Shown here one piece after another: positions 39,184 through 49,400 of a stretch of DNA of 64,000 nucleotides. Origin of the DNA: Kiritimatiellia bacterium (lineage in GTDB: Bacteria > Verrucomicrobiota > Kiritimatiellia > JAAZAB01). The stretch covers positions 64,001-128,000 of the forward strand of contig JAXGPF010000007.1 in NCBI GenBank assembly GCA_040767085.1, in the 5' to 3' direction. The position numbers and the translations under genes were made by a program. The notes under the pieces were generated by a model. That model was not told where the DNA came from, made no database searches, and saw only the letters and a list, made by a program, of their open reading frames with translations. Positions within the stretch are counted from its first letter, which is position 1, and the number at the start of each line of letters is the position of its first letter.

Positions 39184-39355
39184 ATGTTCTTCCTCTCGCC
39201 GCCATACTCGTCTGCATAAGGCAAAAAACGGCACCATTCTATTAAAGATTGACAAAACCGCAAGGATTTGTTCGGATGCAAATTCTGAATCCGTGCATTC
39301 CGACAAATGCAGTGCAAGTTATGCGCAGTCCCGCTAATTCACAAGAAAGGGAAAA

Positions 39356-40627
39356 ATGGCTCAGATACGCATCGGTATTATCGGCGCCGGCGGCCGCGGC
39401 ATCAACGCCTTCGGCAGTATTTTTGTTAACCAGTTCGCGGACCAGGCGCGGATCATGGCGCTGGCCGATCCGAACCTGGAGCGCGCCGCCGCCGGCCTGG
39501 AAACCATCGGCGCCCGGGCCGACATCTACGCCGACTACCGGGAAATGCTGGCGCGCCGGGACATTGACGCGGTCGTGGTGACCACCCCGGACTACCTGCA
39601 CGAGGAACATTGTATCGCCGCCTTCCGGAGCGGCAAGCATGTGCTGGTGGACAAGCCCCTGGCCATTTCCGCCGCCGGGTGCCTGCGGGTGATCGCCGCG
39701 GCGCGCCAGGCCCGGCGCATCCTGTACATGGGTTTCAACCTGCGGCATAACATCGTGCTGCGCCGGATCAAGTCCATCGTGGCCGAAGGCCAGTTGGGGC
39801 GCCTGTTCGCGGTGCAAGCGACAGAATATTACAATGGCGGCCGCACATACATGGCGCGCTGGAACCGCCTGAAAAAATACTCCGGCAGCCTGTTCATTCA
39901 CAAGGGGTCGCACGATTTCGACATCATCAACTGGTTCATGCTGCCGGCCCGGCCGGTGCGGGTCAGCTGTTTCGCCAGCGTTTTCACGCTGAATCCCCAG
40001 GGACTGCCGTTCAAATCCCGCCGGGGCGTCAAGCCGGGGCCGACTTGTTCCGCCTGCCCGTATCAAAAAGAATGTCCCGACGTCAACCACCAGGCCATCC
40101 GATCCCTGCCCAATGTGAGCGCGGAACGGCTGGCCGCCCGCAACCGGATGTTCGGCGCCGAAGCGGTCCGGCGCGACGGCTATCACAAGGACCTGTGCCT
40201 TTACCTGTCGGACAAGGACACCCACGACCAGGGCGTCGCCATCGTGGAATACGACACCGGCGCCGCTGCCACGCACTCGGAATGTTTCGTCACGCCGCTC
40301 TCCGACCGGCTCTACCGGATCGACGGCACGCTGGGCCATCTGGATGCCAGCCTGCATGACACCCGCATCCAAATCCGGCCGCGCTGGACGCAGGATCTGA
40401 CCGAACACAAACTGGTTCCGGGCGCCGGCGGCCACGGCGGCGCCGACCCTCTCATGTGCGCCGAATTCGTCAAATGCATCCGCCGGGGCTTGCGGCCCAG
40501 CGCCTCGGGCATTGACGGCGCCTGGAGCGTGGCGATCGGCGAGGCCTGCGAACTCTCCCGCACCAGAAAACGCATGGTGGAAATCGCGGAAGTCCTCGAC
40601 GTGAAAAGTCCGCTGCTGAAAAAATGA
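39356..40627 (+). CDS. Gfo/Idh/MocA-family oxidoreductase
   Basis: IGIIGAGGRG, HVLVDKP, GFNLR, HKGSHDFD, GHGGAD. Confidence 0.92.
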   Translation: MAQIRIGIIGAGGRGINAFGSIFVNQFADQARIMALADPNLERAAAGLETIGARADIYADYREMLARRDIDAVVVTTPDYLHEEHCIAAFRSGKHVLVDKPLAISAAGCLRVIAAARQARRILYMGFNLRHNIVLRRIKSIVAEGQLGRLFAVQATEYYNGGRTYMARWNRLKKYSGSLFIHKGSHDFDIINWFMLPARPVRVSCFASVFTLNPQGLPFKSRRGVKPGPTCSACPYQKECPDVNHQAIRSLPNVSAERLAARNRMFGAEAVRRDGYHKDLCLYLSDKDTHDQGVAIVEYDTGAAATHSECFVTPLSDRLYRIDGTLGHLDASLHDTRIQIRPRWTQDLTEHKLVPGAGGHGGADPLMCAEFVKCIRRGLRPSASGIDGAWSVAIGEACELSRTRKRMVEIAEVLDVKSPLLKK

Positions 40628-41518
40628 TCAAGCCCCGACGGCGCGCGCCGCGGCGGCGATGGCGGCGATATGCGCCGGCGTGGTGCCGCAGCAACCGCCG
40701 ATGATGTTGGCGCCGGCGGCCAGCAGGGCCGGCACATGGCCGGCGGCCTCCGCCGGCGTGGCATCAAACACCGTGCGTCCGCCCACCGTCCGCGGCATGC
40801 CGGCATTGGCATGCACCAGGATGGGCGCGCGCGGCGCGGCGGCGCGCAGCAGGCGGACGATATCCACCATCTGGGCGAAGCCATTGCCGCAATTGGCGCC
40901 GATCACATCGGCGCCCGCCGCCAGGCAGGCAGCCGCGGCCTGTTCCGGCGCCACGCCCATCATCGTGCGGTATTGTCCCTGGGGATTCCGTTCGAACGTC
41001 ATGGTGGCCGCCACATCCAATCCGGTGTTCTCCCGGACCGCCCGAATGGCCAGCTCGATTTCATCAAGCGCCGACATGGTTTCAATGCAGGCGGCATCCG
41101 CACCGCCCGCTTCCAAAGCCTCGGCCTGCTCGCGGAAGGCATCGTAAAGCTCCTGCTCCGTCACATCGCCCATCAGCAGCAGCTTGCCCGTCGGGCCCAT
41201 GGAGCCCAGCACCGCCCGGCGCGGGCCGGCCGCCGCGCGGGAAATTTCCGCGGCCGCCCGGTTGAGTTCGCGGGCGCGCTCCGCCAGCCCGAAATGTTCC
41301 AGCTTGAAGCGCGTGCCGCCGAAACTGTTGGTTTCGATCATATCGGCCCCAGCCCGGGCGTACGCGGCGGCGATCTGCAAAACCTGCTCGCGATGCGTCA
41401 GGCACCAGAGTTCCGGGCATTCCCCGGGCGGCAGTCCCGCCTCCTGCAGCAGCGTCCCCCAGGCCCCGTCCGAAACCAATGGCCGGCCGGCTTGTAATTT
41501 TTCCAGCAAAACGCTCAT
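40628..41518 (-). CDS. Stand-alone homocysteine S-methyltransferase domain protein (MetH N-terminal-like)
   Basis: DGAWGT, ETNSFG, GSMGPTG, ETM, GANC, NAGMP, GGCCGTTP. Confidence 0.92.
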   Translation of the reverse strand: MSVLLEKLQAGRPLVSDGAWGTLLQEAGLPPGECPELWCLTHREQVLQIAAAYARAGADMIETNSFGGTRFKLEHFGLAERARELNRAAAEISRAAAGPRRAVLGSMGPTGKLLLMGDVTEQELYDAFREQAEALEAGGADAACIETMSALDEIELAIRAVRENTGLDVAATMTFERNPQGQYRTMMGVAPEQAAAACLAAGADVIGANCGNGFAQMVDIVRLLRAAAPRAPILVHANAGMPRTVGGRTVFDATPAEAAGHVPALLAAGANIIGGCCGTTPAHIAAIAAAARAVGA

Positions 41519-41697
41519 AATCCATCCTCCAGCGGGCTTGCGCCATTCCACCCCGAATTCTGCCGCCAACTCCTGCTTGCGAACACTCCCAGTAATCCCG
41601 TATTCTGTAATCCTGACATTGCGCGGTTACTTTTTCAAGCCTGGAATTGCGGAAATACTTGCGCCCCTGTCCGCCATGGTTATATAATGGAGCCGAC

Positions 41698-42114
41698 ATG
41701 AAAACATACCGCAAGGAATTATGGTTCGAAACGCCCGCGCGCCGGGCGTTTATCAACATCACGCCGCAAGTCGCCGCCTGCGTCCGGGAAAGCGGCGTCC
41801 GCGAAGGCCTGACGCTGGTGAACGCCATGCACATCACCGCCAGCGTTTTCATCAACGACGATGAAAGCGGCCTGCATGCCGATATGGAAAAATGGCTGGA
41901 GCGGCTGGCCCCGGAAAAACCTTACCGGCAATACGCCCATAACAGCGCCGAAGACAATGCCGACGCCCATCTCAAGCGGTCGGTCATGGGCCGCGAAACC
42001 ATCGTCGCCATCACCGAAGGGCTGCTGGACTTCGGCCCCTGGGAACAGATCTTCTACGGCGAGTTTGACGGCCGGCGCCGCAAGCGGATCTTGGTCAAAA
42101 TCATCGGAGAATAA
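41698..42114 (+). CDS. yjbQ: YjbQ / UPF0047 family protein
   Basis: [31 protein letters not shown]. Confidence 0.92.
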   Translation: MKTYRKELWFETPARRAFINITPQVAACVRESGVREGLTLVNAMHITASVFINDDESGLHADMEKWLERLAPEKPYRQYAHNSAEDNADAHLKRSVMGRETIVAITEGLLDFGPWEQIFYGEFDGRRRKRILVKIIGE

Positions 42115-42127
42115 ATCCCAGCCAGCC

Positions 42128-44350
42128 ATGCCGCGCATCGCCAAAATCGTGGTGGAAATTTCGCTGGGACGCGAATTCGATTACCTGATACCAGAACGCC
42201 TGGCCGGGCAAATCCAGCTCGGCACGCGGGTGCTGGCGCCTTTCCGCCACTCCGTCGCCCGCGGCTACGTGGTGGGATTTGCGGAACATTCCGCCTGCGC
42301 GTCCCTCAAGGAAATTCAGGACCTGATCGGCGAGCGGCCGCTGCTGACGCCGATCGTGCTGCAATTGGCGCGCTGGATGAGCGAATACTACTGCTGCACC
42401 CTGGAACAGGCCATCCGCACCGTCCTCCCCTGCGCCATCCGCCGCGCCGGCGCCCGGCACCGCGCCCTGCTGTATGTCGAGCCGGCCGACCCGCCCGCGG
42501 ACAACGCCCGGCTGGACGCGCTGCGCCGCGCGGCGCCGCGGCGGGCGCAACTGCTGGAACAATTGCATGCCGAGGGATCGCAGCCCATGGCGGACTTCAC
42601 GCGCCGCGCCCGCGCCAGCGCAAACATCCTGCGGCAGATGGAAAAAGACGGTCTGTTGCATCTGCGCCGGCGGACGGCCGAGCGCAATCCGTCGGAACAC
42701 CTCGCCCTGTTGAACATCCTGCCCACGCAGCCGCTGGAACTCTTCCCGGAACAGGTCCGCGCGCTGGAACTGGCGCGGCAGGCGATTGACAAGCATACCC
42801 CGCCGGTGATCCTGCTGCACGGGGTGACCGGCAGCGGCAAAACCGAGGTTTACCTGCAAGCCATCAGCCATGCGCTGCGCCAGGGACGCGGCGCCATCAT
42901 GTTGGTGCCGGAAATTGCGCTGACCCCGCAGACCGTGGAACGGTTCCACAGCCGGTTCGGCAAGGAAATCGCCGTGCTGCACAGCCACCTGTCCGACGGC
43001 GAGCGCCACGACGAGTGGCACCGGATTCACAACGGCCGGGCGCGCATTGTCGTCGGCGCGCGTTCAGCCCTGTTCGCCCCGGTGGAAAACCTGGGCCTGA
43101 TCGTCGTGGACGAGGAACACGAACCCAGTTACAAGCAAGCCGAGGCGCCCCGTTACAACGCGCGCGATGTCGCCGTAATGCGCGGCCACATGGAAAAATG
43201 CGCGGTAATGCTCGGTTCCGCCACGCCGGCCCTGGAATCGTTTTACAACGCGCGCCGCGGCAAGTACTTTCTCAGCGCCATGCCGCATCGCGTGGACCAT
43301 CGCGCTATGCCCGCCATGCGCATCGTGGACATGCGCGCGGAGACGGAACGCGAAGGACGCCTGAACGTATTTTCGCGCGCGTTGCTGGACGCCATGCGCC
43401 GGCGCCTGGAAAACGGCGAACAAACCATCCTGTTCCTCAACCGGCGCGGATTCGCCACCACCGTGATGTGTCCGCAATGCGGCTTTACCGCTGCCTGCTC
43501 CCAGTGCAGCGTCAGCATGACTTACCACCGCGCCGCGGCGGAAATCCGCTGCCATATCTGCGGCAGCAGCGCGCCGGCGCCTGACAAATGCCCGGCCTGC
43601 GGCCTGCCGACGCTGAAATTCAGCGGCATCGGCACGCAGCGCATCGAGAGCGCCGTCCGCGCCATCCTCCCGCAAGCGCGCGTCCAGCGTATGGACGCCG
43701 ATACCGCCGCCGCCAAGCACGCCTACACCAACATCCTCGGCGACTTCAAGGCCGGCAAAACCGACATCCTGATCGGCACCCAGATGATCGCCAAAGGACT
43801 GCATTTCCCGGGCGTGACGCTTGTCGGCGTGGTCTGCGCCGACAGCAGTCTGCACCTGCCGGACTTCCGCGCCGCCGAACGCACCTTCCAACTCCTGCTG
43901 CAGGTGGCCGGGCGCGCCGGGCGCGGCGAGATTCCGGGGGAAGTGATCATCCAGACTTTTTCACCCGCCCATCCGGCCATCCAGTCCGCGCGCCGGCAGG
44001 ATTACGCGGGATTCTGCGACCAGGAACTCGAAGCCCGCCGCGAACTGATGTATCCTCCGTTTACCCACCTGATTTGCCTGACCTTCGAAGGATCGCGCGA
44101 GGCGGCGGTAATCGCCGCCGCCGACCGCCTGGCCGGGCGGCTGCGGACGCTGCTCCATCCGGCCATCATTCAGGCCGGCCCGATGCCGGCGCCGCTGAGC
44201 AAAATCAAGGGGCGCAGCCGGCAGCAGATCATCCTGCGCTCCGTATCGGTCAAGGCCATGACCGGGCCGCTGCAAACCGCGCTGGCGGAACTGCCCGCCC
44301 GGTCGGATGTGCGCATCGCCGTCGATGTGGATGCGCTCTCGCTGATGTAA
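42128..44350 (+). CDS. priA: Primosomal protein N'
   Basis: GVTGSGKTEVY, VPEIALTPQ, DEEH, two CxxC pairs, GTQMIAKG, QVAGRAGR. Confidence 0.97.
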   Translation: MPRIAKIVVEISLGREFDYLIPERLAGQIQLGTRVLAPFRHSVARGYVVGFAEHSACASLKEIQDLIGERPLLTPIVLQLARWMSEYYCCTLEQAIRTVLPCAIRRAGARHRALLYVEPADPPADNARLDALRRAAPRRAQLLEQLHAEGSQPMADFTRRARASANILRQMEKDGLLHLRRRTAERNPSEHLALLNILPTQPLELFPEQVRALELARQAIDKHTPPVILLHGVTGSGKTEVYLQAISHALRQGRGAIMLVPEIALTPQTVERFHSRFGKEIAVLHSHLSDGERHDEWHRIHNGRARIVVGARSALFAPVENLGLIVVDEEHEPSYKQAEAPRYNARDVAVMRGHMEKCAVMLGSATPALESFYNARRGKYFLSAMPHRVDHRAMPAMRIVDMRAETEREGRLNVFSRALLDAMRRRLENGEQTILFLNRRGFATTVMCPQCGFTAACSQCSVSMTYHRAAAEIRCHICGSSAPAPDKCPACGLPTLKFSGIGTQRIESAVRAILPQARVQRMDADTAAAKHAYTNILGDFKAGKTDILIGTQMIAKGLHFPGVTLVGVVCADSSLHLPDFRAAERTFQLLLQVAGRAGRGEIPGEVIIQTFSPAHPAIQSARRQDYAGFCDQELEARRELMYPPFTHLICLTFEGSREAAVIAAADRLAGRLRTLLHPAIIQAGPMPAPLSKIKGRSRQQIILRSVSVKAMTGPLQTALAELPARSDVRIAVDVDALSLM

Positions 44351-44425
44351 TCTCCGGCTGCCGGCGCTGTTGGGCCATCCAAGCCCAAAACTTACGTTTT
44401 GGAAGTTTTATGGTTTACCTGTTTA

Positions 44426-44495
44426 GTGCCTTAAACCACAGCACCTGCTAAAAAATACAAGAAAATCAGATGGCAGGTGCTGAGGTTTAAGGCAC
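44426..44495. repeat. 23-bp inverted repeat with a 24-nt loop
   Basis: GTGCCTTAAACCACAGCACCTGC / GCAGGTGCTGAGGTTTAAGGCAC, one mismatch. Confidence 0.9.
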
Positions 44496-44726
44496 GGTGC
44501 AAGTGCAGGTAACAAGTACAGGCTTGTCCAGAAGCAACTGGATGCAGTCAGTCCGGCATAACCGGACGGGGCGGATGATTCCGGATTGGTTCCGGATCAA
44601 ACCAAGCCTTCACTTGTGGCTTGCACTTGTCACGGCAGTCCGGCTGCTGCCGGACTGTGGCCGCAGGCCGCCTTGTGGTTTTACGGCAGAATCCCTAACA
44701 CTGAACACCGAACACGGCTGAATTCT

Positions 44727-46016
44727 TCACCCCGTCCCGGCCAGGTACGGCGCCTGCCCCCAACGCGATATATCCGCCGCAAAAAAACAGCCGCCCGTGA
44801 GATACCAGCGGCCGCCGGCGATCATGTGATCGGCCACAATGCGCTGCAGCGAGGTGGCACGCGGCATATCCGCAGGGCGTTCATATACCCGGCCGCAGAC
44901 CCGTTCCATAATTTGGCGATCATTGGCGCCCGGCACGGGATAACGGTAAAACTGGCGCTGGAACTGGACCAGGTTCGACTCCGGTGGCAGATAATCGGCG
45001 AGTTGCGGATCAAACAGCCACGTGGCGCAGGTAAAAGCCCGGGCGGCATATTCCGGGAAATATTCCGGGAAAAATACCGCGGCGGCGCGCAGGGCATCGC
45101 CGCAGGACGCCGGCGTCAAAGGCGCGCCGGCGGGAATGTGAATCCCCAGGACGGGATCGCCGCCGGCCAGGACGGCAGTCCACTCCCCGGGCGGCAGCTT
45201 GACCGGAGTCCGCCGGATGAATCCGCGCGGATCCGACGGATAACCGGTAATCCCTTCAGCCGTGTCATGCAGTTCCGCGACCCAGGCATCCGCGCCGGCG
45301 GTGATCCCATTGGCCCCTTCATACCGACCGTCCGGACGGAAGGTCTGACCGCTTTCCACCAGCAGCACGGTCCGCCCGTCAGCGCGGCAGCGGTAGGCCC
45401 GCCGGTAATTTTGAAAAACTTCGAATCGGAACTGCAACCGGCCCAACCGGAACAACCGGCCGCGGAGATGCCCGTACAGCCAACCCGTGCCCTGCAACTC
45501 GCTCAAGCCCCAGCGCCCGTGTTTGCGGCGGAAATCTTCCAGCCATAAAGGCAGATCGGAGAACGTCGCGCGGGTGACATCCATGGGCACGCCGCGGCTC
45601 CGATGCAGTTCCAGCGCTGACGGCATGCCGGCCAGAAAAACATACGCATAAAACAAATCCGACGCCGGGTGCAATCCTGGCGGCAGGACCGGCCACTTTT
45701 GCAATGCCGCCGCCATGTTGTCCCCGGGCGCCACAAACAGCAGATGCCGGCAATGCCAGGCCAGCCGCCGGAGCGCCGGGCAAGCCCGGAACAGGTCCAG
45801 TCCATCCACCAGGGCCGCGCGCACATCGGCCGGCCATGCCAGCACATCGGCGGTCTTTGCAATCCAAGCGGGATTCAAATATTCCTGCCGGGTATAATCG
45901 CAGGAGGGGCCTGACTGATCCCATTGACTTTGCCAGACGGCGCCGGATTCAGTGGGAATACCGGCGGCCCGCAGGGTTTCCGCCAGGGTTGCGGTTGGGA
46001 TGGACTTTGCGCTCAT
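44727..46016 (-). CDS. Acyltransferase-domain protein (DUF5596/GNAT-like)
   Basis: LFRLGRLQF, LGIHIPAGAPL, CATWLFDPQL..YLP.ESN, TSLQR. Confidence 0.75.
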   Translation of the reverse strand: MSAKSIPTATLAETLRAAGIPTESGAVWQSQWDQSGPSCDYTRQEYLNPAWIAKTADVLAWPADVRAALVDGLDLFRACPALRRLAWHCRHLLFVAPGDNMAAALQKWPVLPPGLHPASDLFYAYVFLAGMPSALELHRSRGVPMDVTRATFSDLPLWLEDFRRKHGRWGLSELQGTGWLYGHLRGRLFRLGRLQFRFEVFQNYRRAYRCRADGRTVLLVESGQTFRPDGRYEGANGITAGADAWVAELHDTAEGITGYPSDPRGFIRRTPVKLPPGEWTAVLAGGDPVLGIHIPAGAPLTPASCGDALRAAAVFFPEYFPEYAARAFTCATWLFDPQLADYLPPESNLVQFQRQFYRYPVPGANDRQIMERVCGRVYERPADMPRATSLQRIVADHMIAGGRWYLTGGCFFAADISRWGQAPYLAGTG

Positions 46017-46461
46017 TCTGCTCCCAAATGTTTTGCAAGGCGGCCAGGAACCGGGCGCCCTACCGATGTAAAATTGCCCTCAGCATTCAGACATGCTGCC
46101 GCCAGGACCCATTGAAACCATTCCGCACACTGAATCACCGCATCATTCTGCCTGATTGTCGGGAAAAATTCAAGCAGGCGTTGGCCGCACCGCGCCGCCC
46201 TGCCGTCCCTGCCAGGCCGGTCTTCACCGGCCCATCCAGACGCGTTTTCCCGGCGGCTGTGTGTGGCGGAGCATTCAGAGTGTTCAGTGTTCGCTGGCCC
46301 CTCCTGATAAAACTCGCATTTATCTGGATTCTGCCGGCCAAGCGCGAAAATTCAGGTAAAAAATCTATGGACAAAACCAAGCCTTAATTGTATCCTTCAA
46401 CCCAGCGTGGCGTAGTCTTTTGCCGCGTTTTTATTGAAATTCCACCCCATGAGGCTGTTGC

Positions 46462-49400
46462 ATGAAACGATCCGCAAACGGAGCTGAAATCGCCCTGCAA
46501 AAATCATCCCGGCTGATATGGTTTACGGCCTTGCTCTGGTGCCTGGCCGCCGCGCAGGCCAGCCCGGCCCCCGCCCTGCCGGCCAGTCCGCGCCCTGACC
46601 TGCCTTTCATCCTGAACCAGGGCCAGGTGGCCGACGACTCCGTCCTGTTCCATACCCGCACCTTCAGCGGCGCTGCTTTTGTGAAGAAAAACGGCGCCAT
46701 TGTTTATACCATCGCCGGCGCGGCCCGTCCGGACGCCTCCGGACAGGCGGTCCGCGCCCTGGCGGTGATCGAAGAAATGCTGCTGGGCGCCAGAAACATC
46801 CAGCCGGCGGGAGTGGAACCGGCCTCCGCCAGGATCAACTTCCTCCTGGGCAGCCCCGAACAATGGCGTCTGGATACGCCCTCATTTCACGCGGTCAACC
46901 TGCCGGAAGTTTACGAGGGCGTGGAACTCGAACTCCGCGCGCACGCTAATAATATCGAAAAAATCTTCACCATCGCGCCGGGCGCCGACCCGGCGCAAAT
47001 CCGCATGCAATTGTCCGGCATCGAACAACTCAGCGTCAACGACCGGGGCGAACTGGTCGCGCGCAGCGCGCTGGGCGACATCCGCTTCACCAAGCCCGTT
47101 GCCTGGCAGGAGACGGGCGCCACCCGCCGGCAAAGCGTGGAAGTGGCCTACGCGGTTGACGGCGTGTCCTTCGGGTTTCAACTGGGCGCCTATGATCCCG
47201 CCCGGCCACTGATGATCGACCCGCTGCTGGCCGGCACCTTCATCGGCGGCAGCGGCGCTGACGTCATGTCCGCGATGGCCCAAGACGAGGCCGGCAACAT
47301 ATACGCCGCCGGTTACACCGACTCGGCGCTGGATTTCCCCATGGCGCCCGGGGCAACCACCAATTACCAGGGCGGCTTATACGACGCCGTTGTCGTCAAA
47401 TTTGACCCGCAACTGACCGAATTGCTGGCGGCCACATTTCTGGGCGGCAGCGGCCAGGACCAAGCCTGGGGCATGGCCTACAACTCCGCCAACAACGCGA
47501 TTTACGTGGGCGGCTCCACCGACTCCTCCAATTTCATGGGATATGCCAGCCTGGGCAGCCTGGATGGATTTGTCGTGAAACTGAATACCAGCCTCCAGAC
47601 CCCATCCGTCATGCGGATGGGCGGTTCATCCAACGAAACCATCCGCGCCTTGGGCGCCAGGAACAACAAAATCTACGCGGCGGGCGAAACCGCTTCCACT
47701 AATTTCAATCTCGTTGTTAACGGCGGGCTGCAGCCTCCCATCCAAGGAGACCTGCGCGGGGCAACCAACGCCTTTGCCGCGGTGCTGGATCAGAACTTTA
47801 ATGTGAGCGCCAGCGGCGCCACCTACCTGGGCGGCAACGCCGCCGATGCCGCACTGGCCCTGGCGGTGGACGGCAATGGCGCCCTGATCCTGGCCGGCCG
47901 CACTTCGTCAACCAATTTCCCCACCTTTGGCGCCAGTCCGCAAAAAACCATAGGCGGCGGCGGGAACGACGCCTTCATCGCCAAGATCAGTTCCAATTTC
48001 CTTACGCTGCAAGCCGGAACCTACCTGGGCGGCAACGGCATTGATTACGCCAACGCCGTGGCGGTGGACATCAGCAACAATATTTACGTCGCCGGATTCA
48101 CGTTTTCCAGCGGCGGTTTTCCCACGAATAATATGTTTGGCACCACATATCGCGCCAACGTTATAGATGGCGGTGATATTTTCCTTACACGGCTGAATTC
48201 AGCCATTTCCACCTTCCAGGCTTCCACCTATTTCGGCGGCTCTGGCCGCGACGAAGCCCTGTCACTGACCGTAATCAGCGACACCAACCGCACGGACGTT
48301 CTGTTCGCAGGCTCAACTTATTCCCTTCCTTCGAGCTTTACGATCACACCGAATGTTGATCAGACTAATAACAACGGGTTAGGTGACGTCTGCCTGGTTA
48401 AATTCCGCAACACCCTGACCAATAACAGCCTGTTGGCCAGCACCTTCTTGGGCGGCGCGGCCAATGACACTCCCAGCGCGATCATGGTTGACGCCGCCAC
48501 CAACAGCATCTACCTGGCCGGAGCAACGACTTCATCCAACTTCCCCCTGCCGGGCTTCGGCTGCCAGAACGCCAACGCCGGCGGCGCTTCGGATGGGTTC
48601 ATCGTCCGCATGAACATCGCCATGAAATTCGGATCCCTGAAATGGAAATATGACATTGAAGATCCCTTCAACGACATTTTCGGCCTGCCAACTATGGGCT
48701 GGGACGGCACACTTTATGTCGCCGGCGGCCCGTATTTATACGCGGTGAATCCGGACGGCACATTCAAATGGAAGTTTACATCATCGCATGGCTCTTTCAC
48801 ACCGCCCATTGGGGAAGCATCTTACGGCATGGGTTCCACGCCCGCGGTTGACACCAACGGCAATATTTACATCTGCGCTTCCTATGACACTGACAATCGC
48901 ATGTATCTGTATTGCATTTCACCCACCGGATCCATGAATTGGGTGTGTCCGCCCGCGGGCTACGGCATGGAGGGATTTCCGATGTACTCCTCGCCGGCGA
49001 TTGCCGCGGACGGCACCGTTTATGTCAACGGCATCAACGGGGCTCTGTACGGGGTGGATGCCAATGGCACAATTACATACACTAACTCAACCATGCACGG
49101 TTCGGCGCAGGGTTCGCCGGCCATCGCCACCAACGGCATCGTTTATTCGCTGGCGCTTCACCCCATTGATGGATCCACGCTGTACGCCATCCAGAACAAC
49201 ACCGTCCTCTGGACCAACCTTTTCCCCGCCAGCGCCTCTGGAGGGAGGTCTTCACCGGCCATCGGCACCAACGGCACAATCTATGTTTGCGCTGGAAATA
49301 ATCTTTATGCGGTGGGCACAAACGGCAGCACCCTGCGGACCTGGAAAACGCCCAATGTCATTTATTCCTCGCCGGCGATTGACAGTAATGGCATGATTTA

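Noticed and set aside
41861-42127. N-terminal extension of PriA in the ORF track
   Set aside because: It overlaps yjbQ in another frame; PriA homology begins at ATG 42128.
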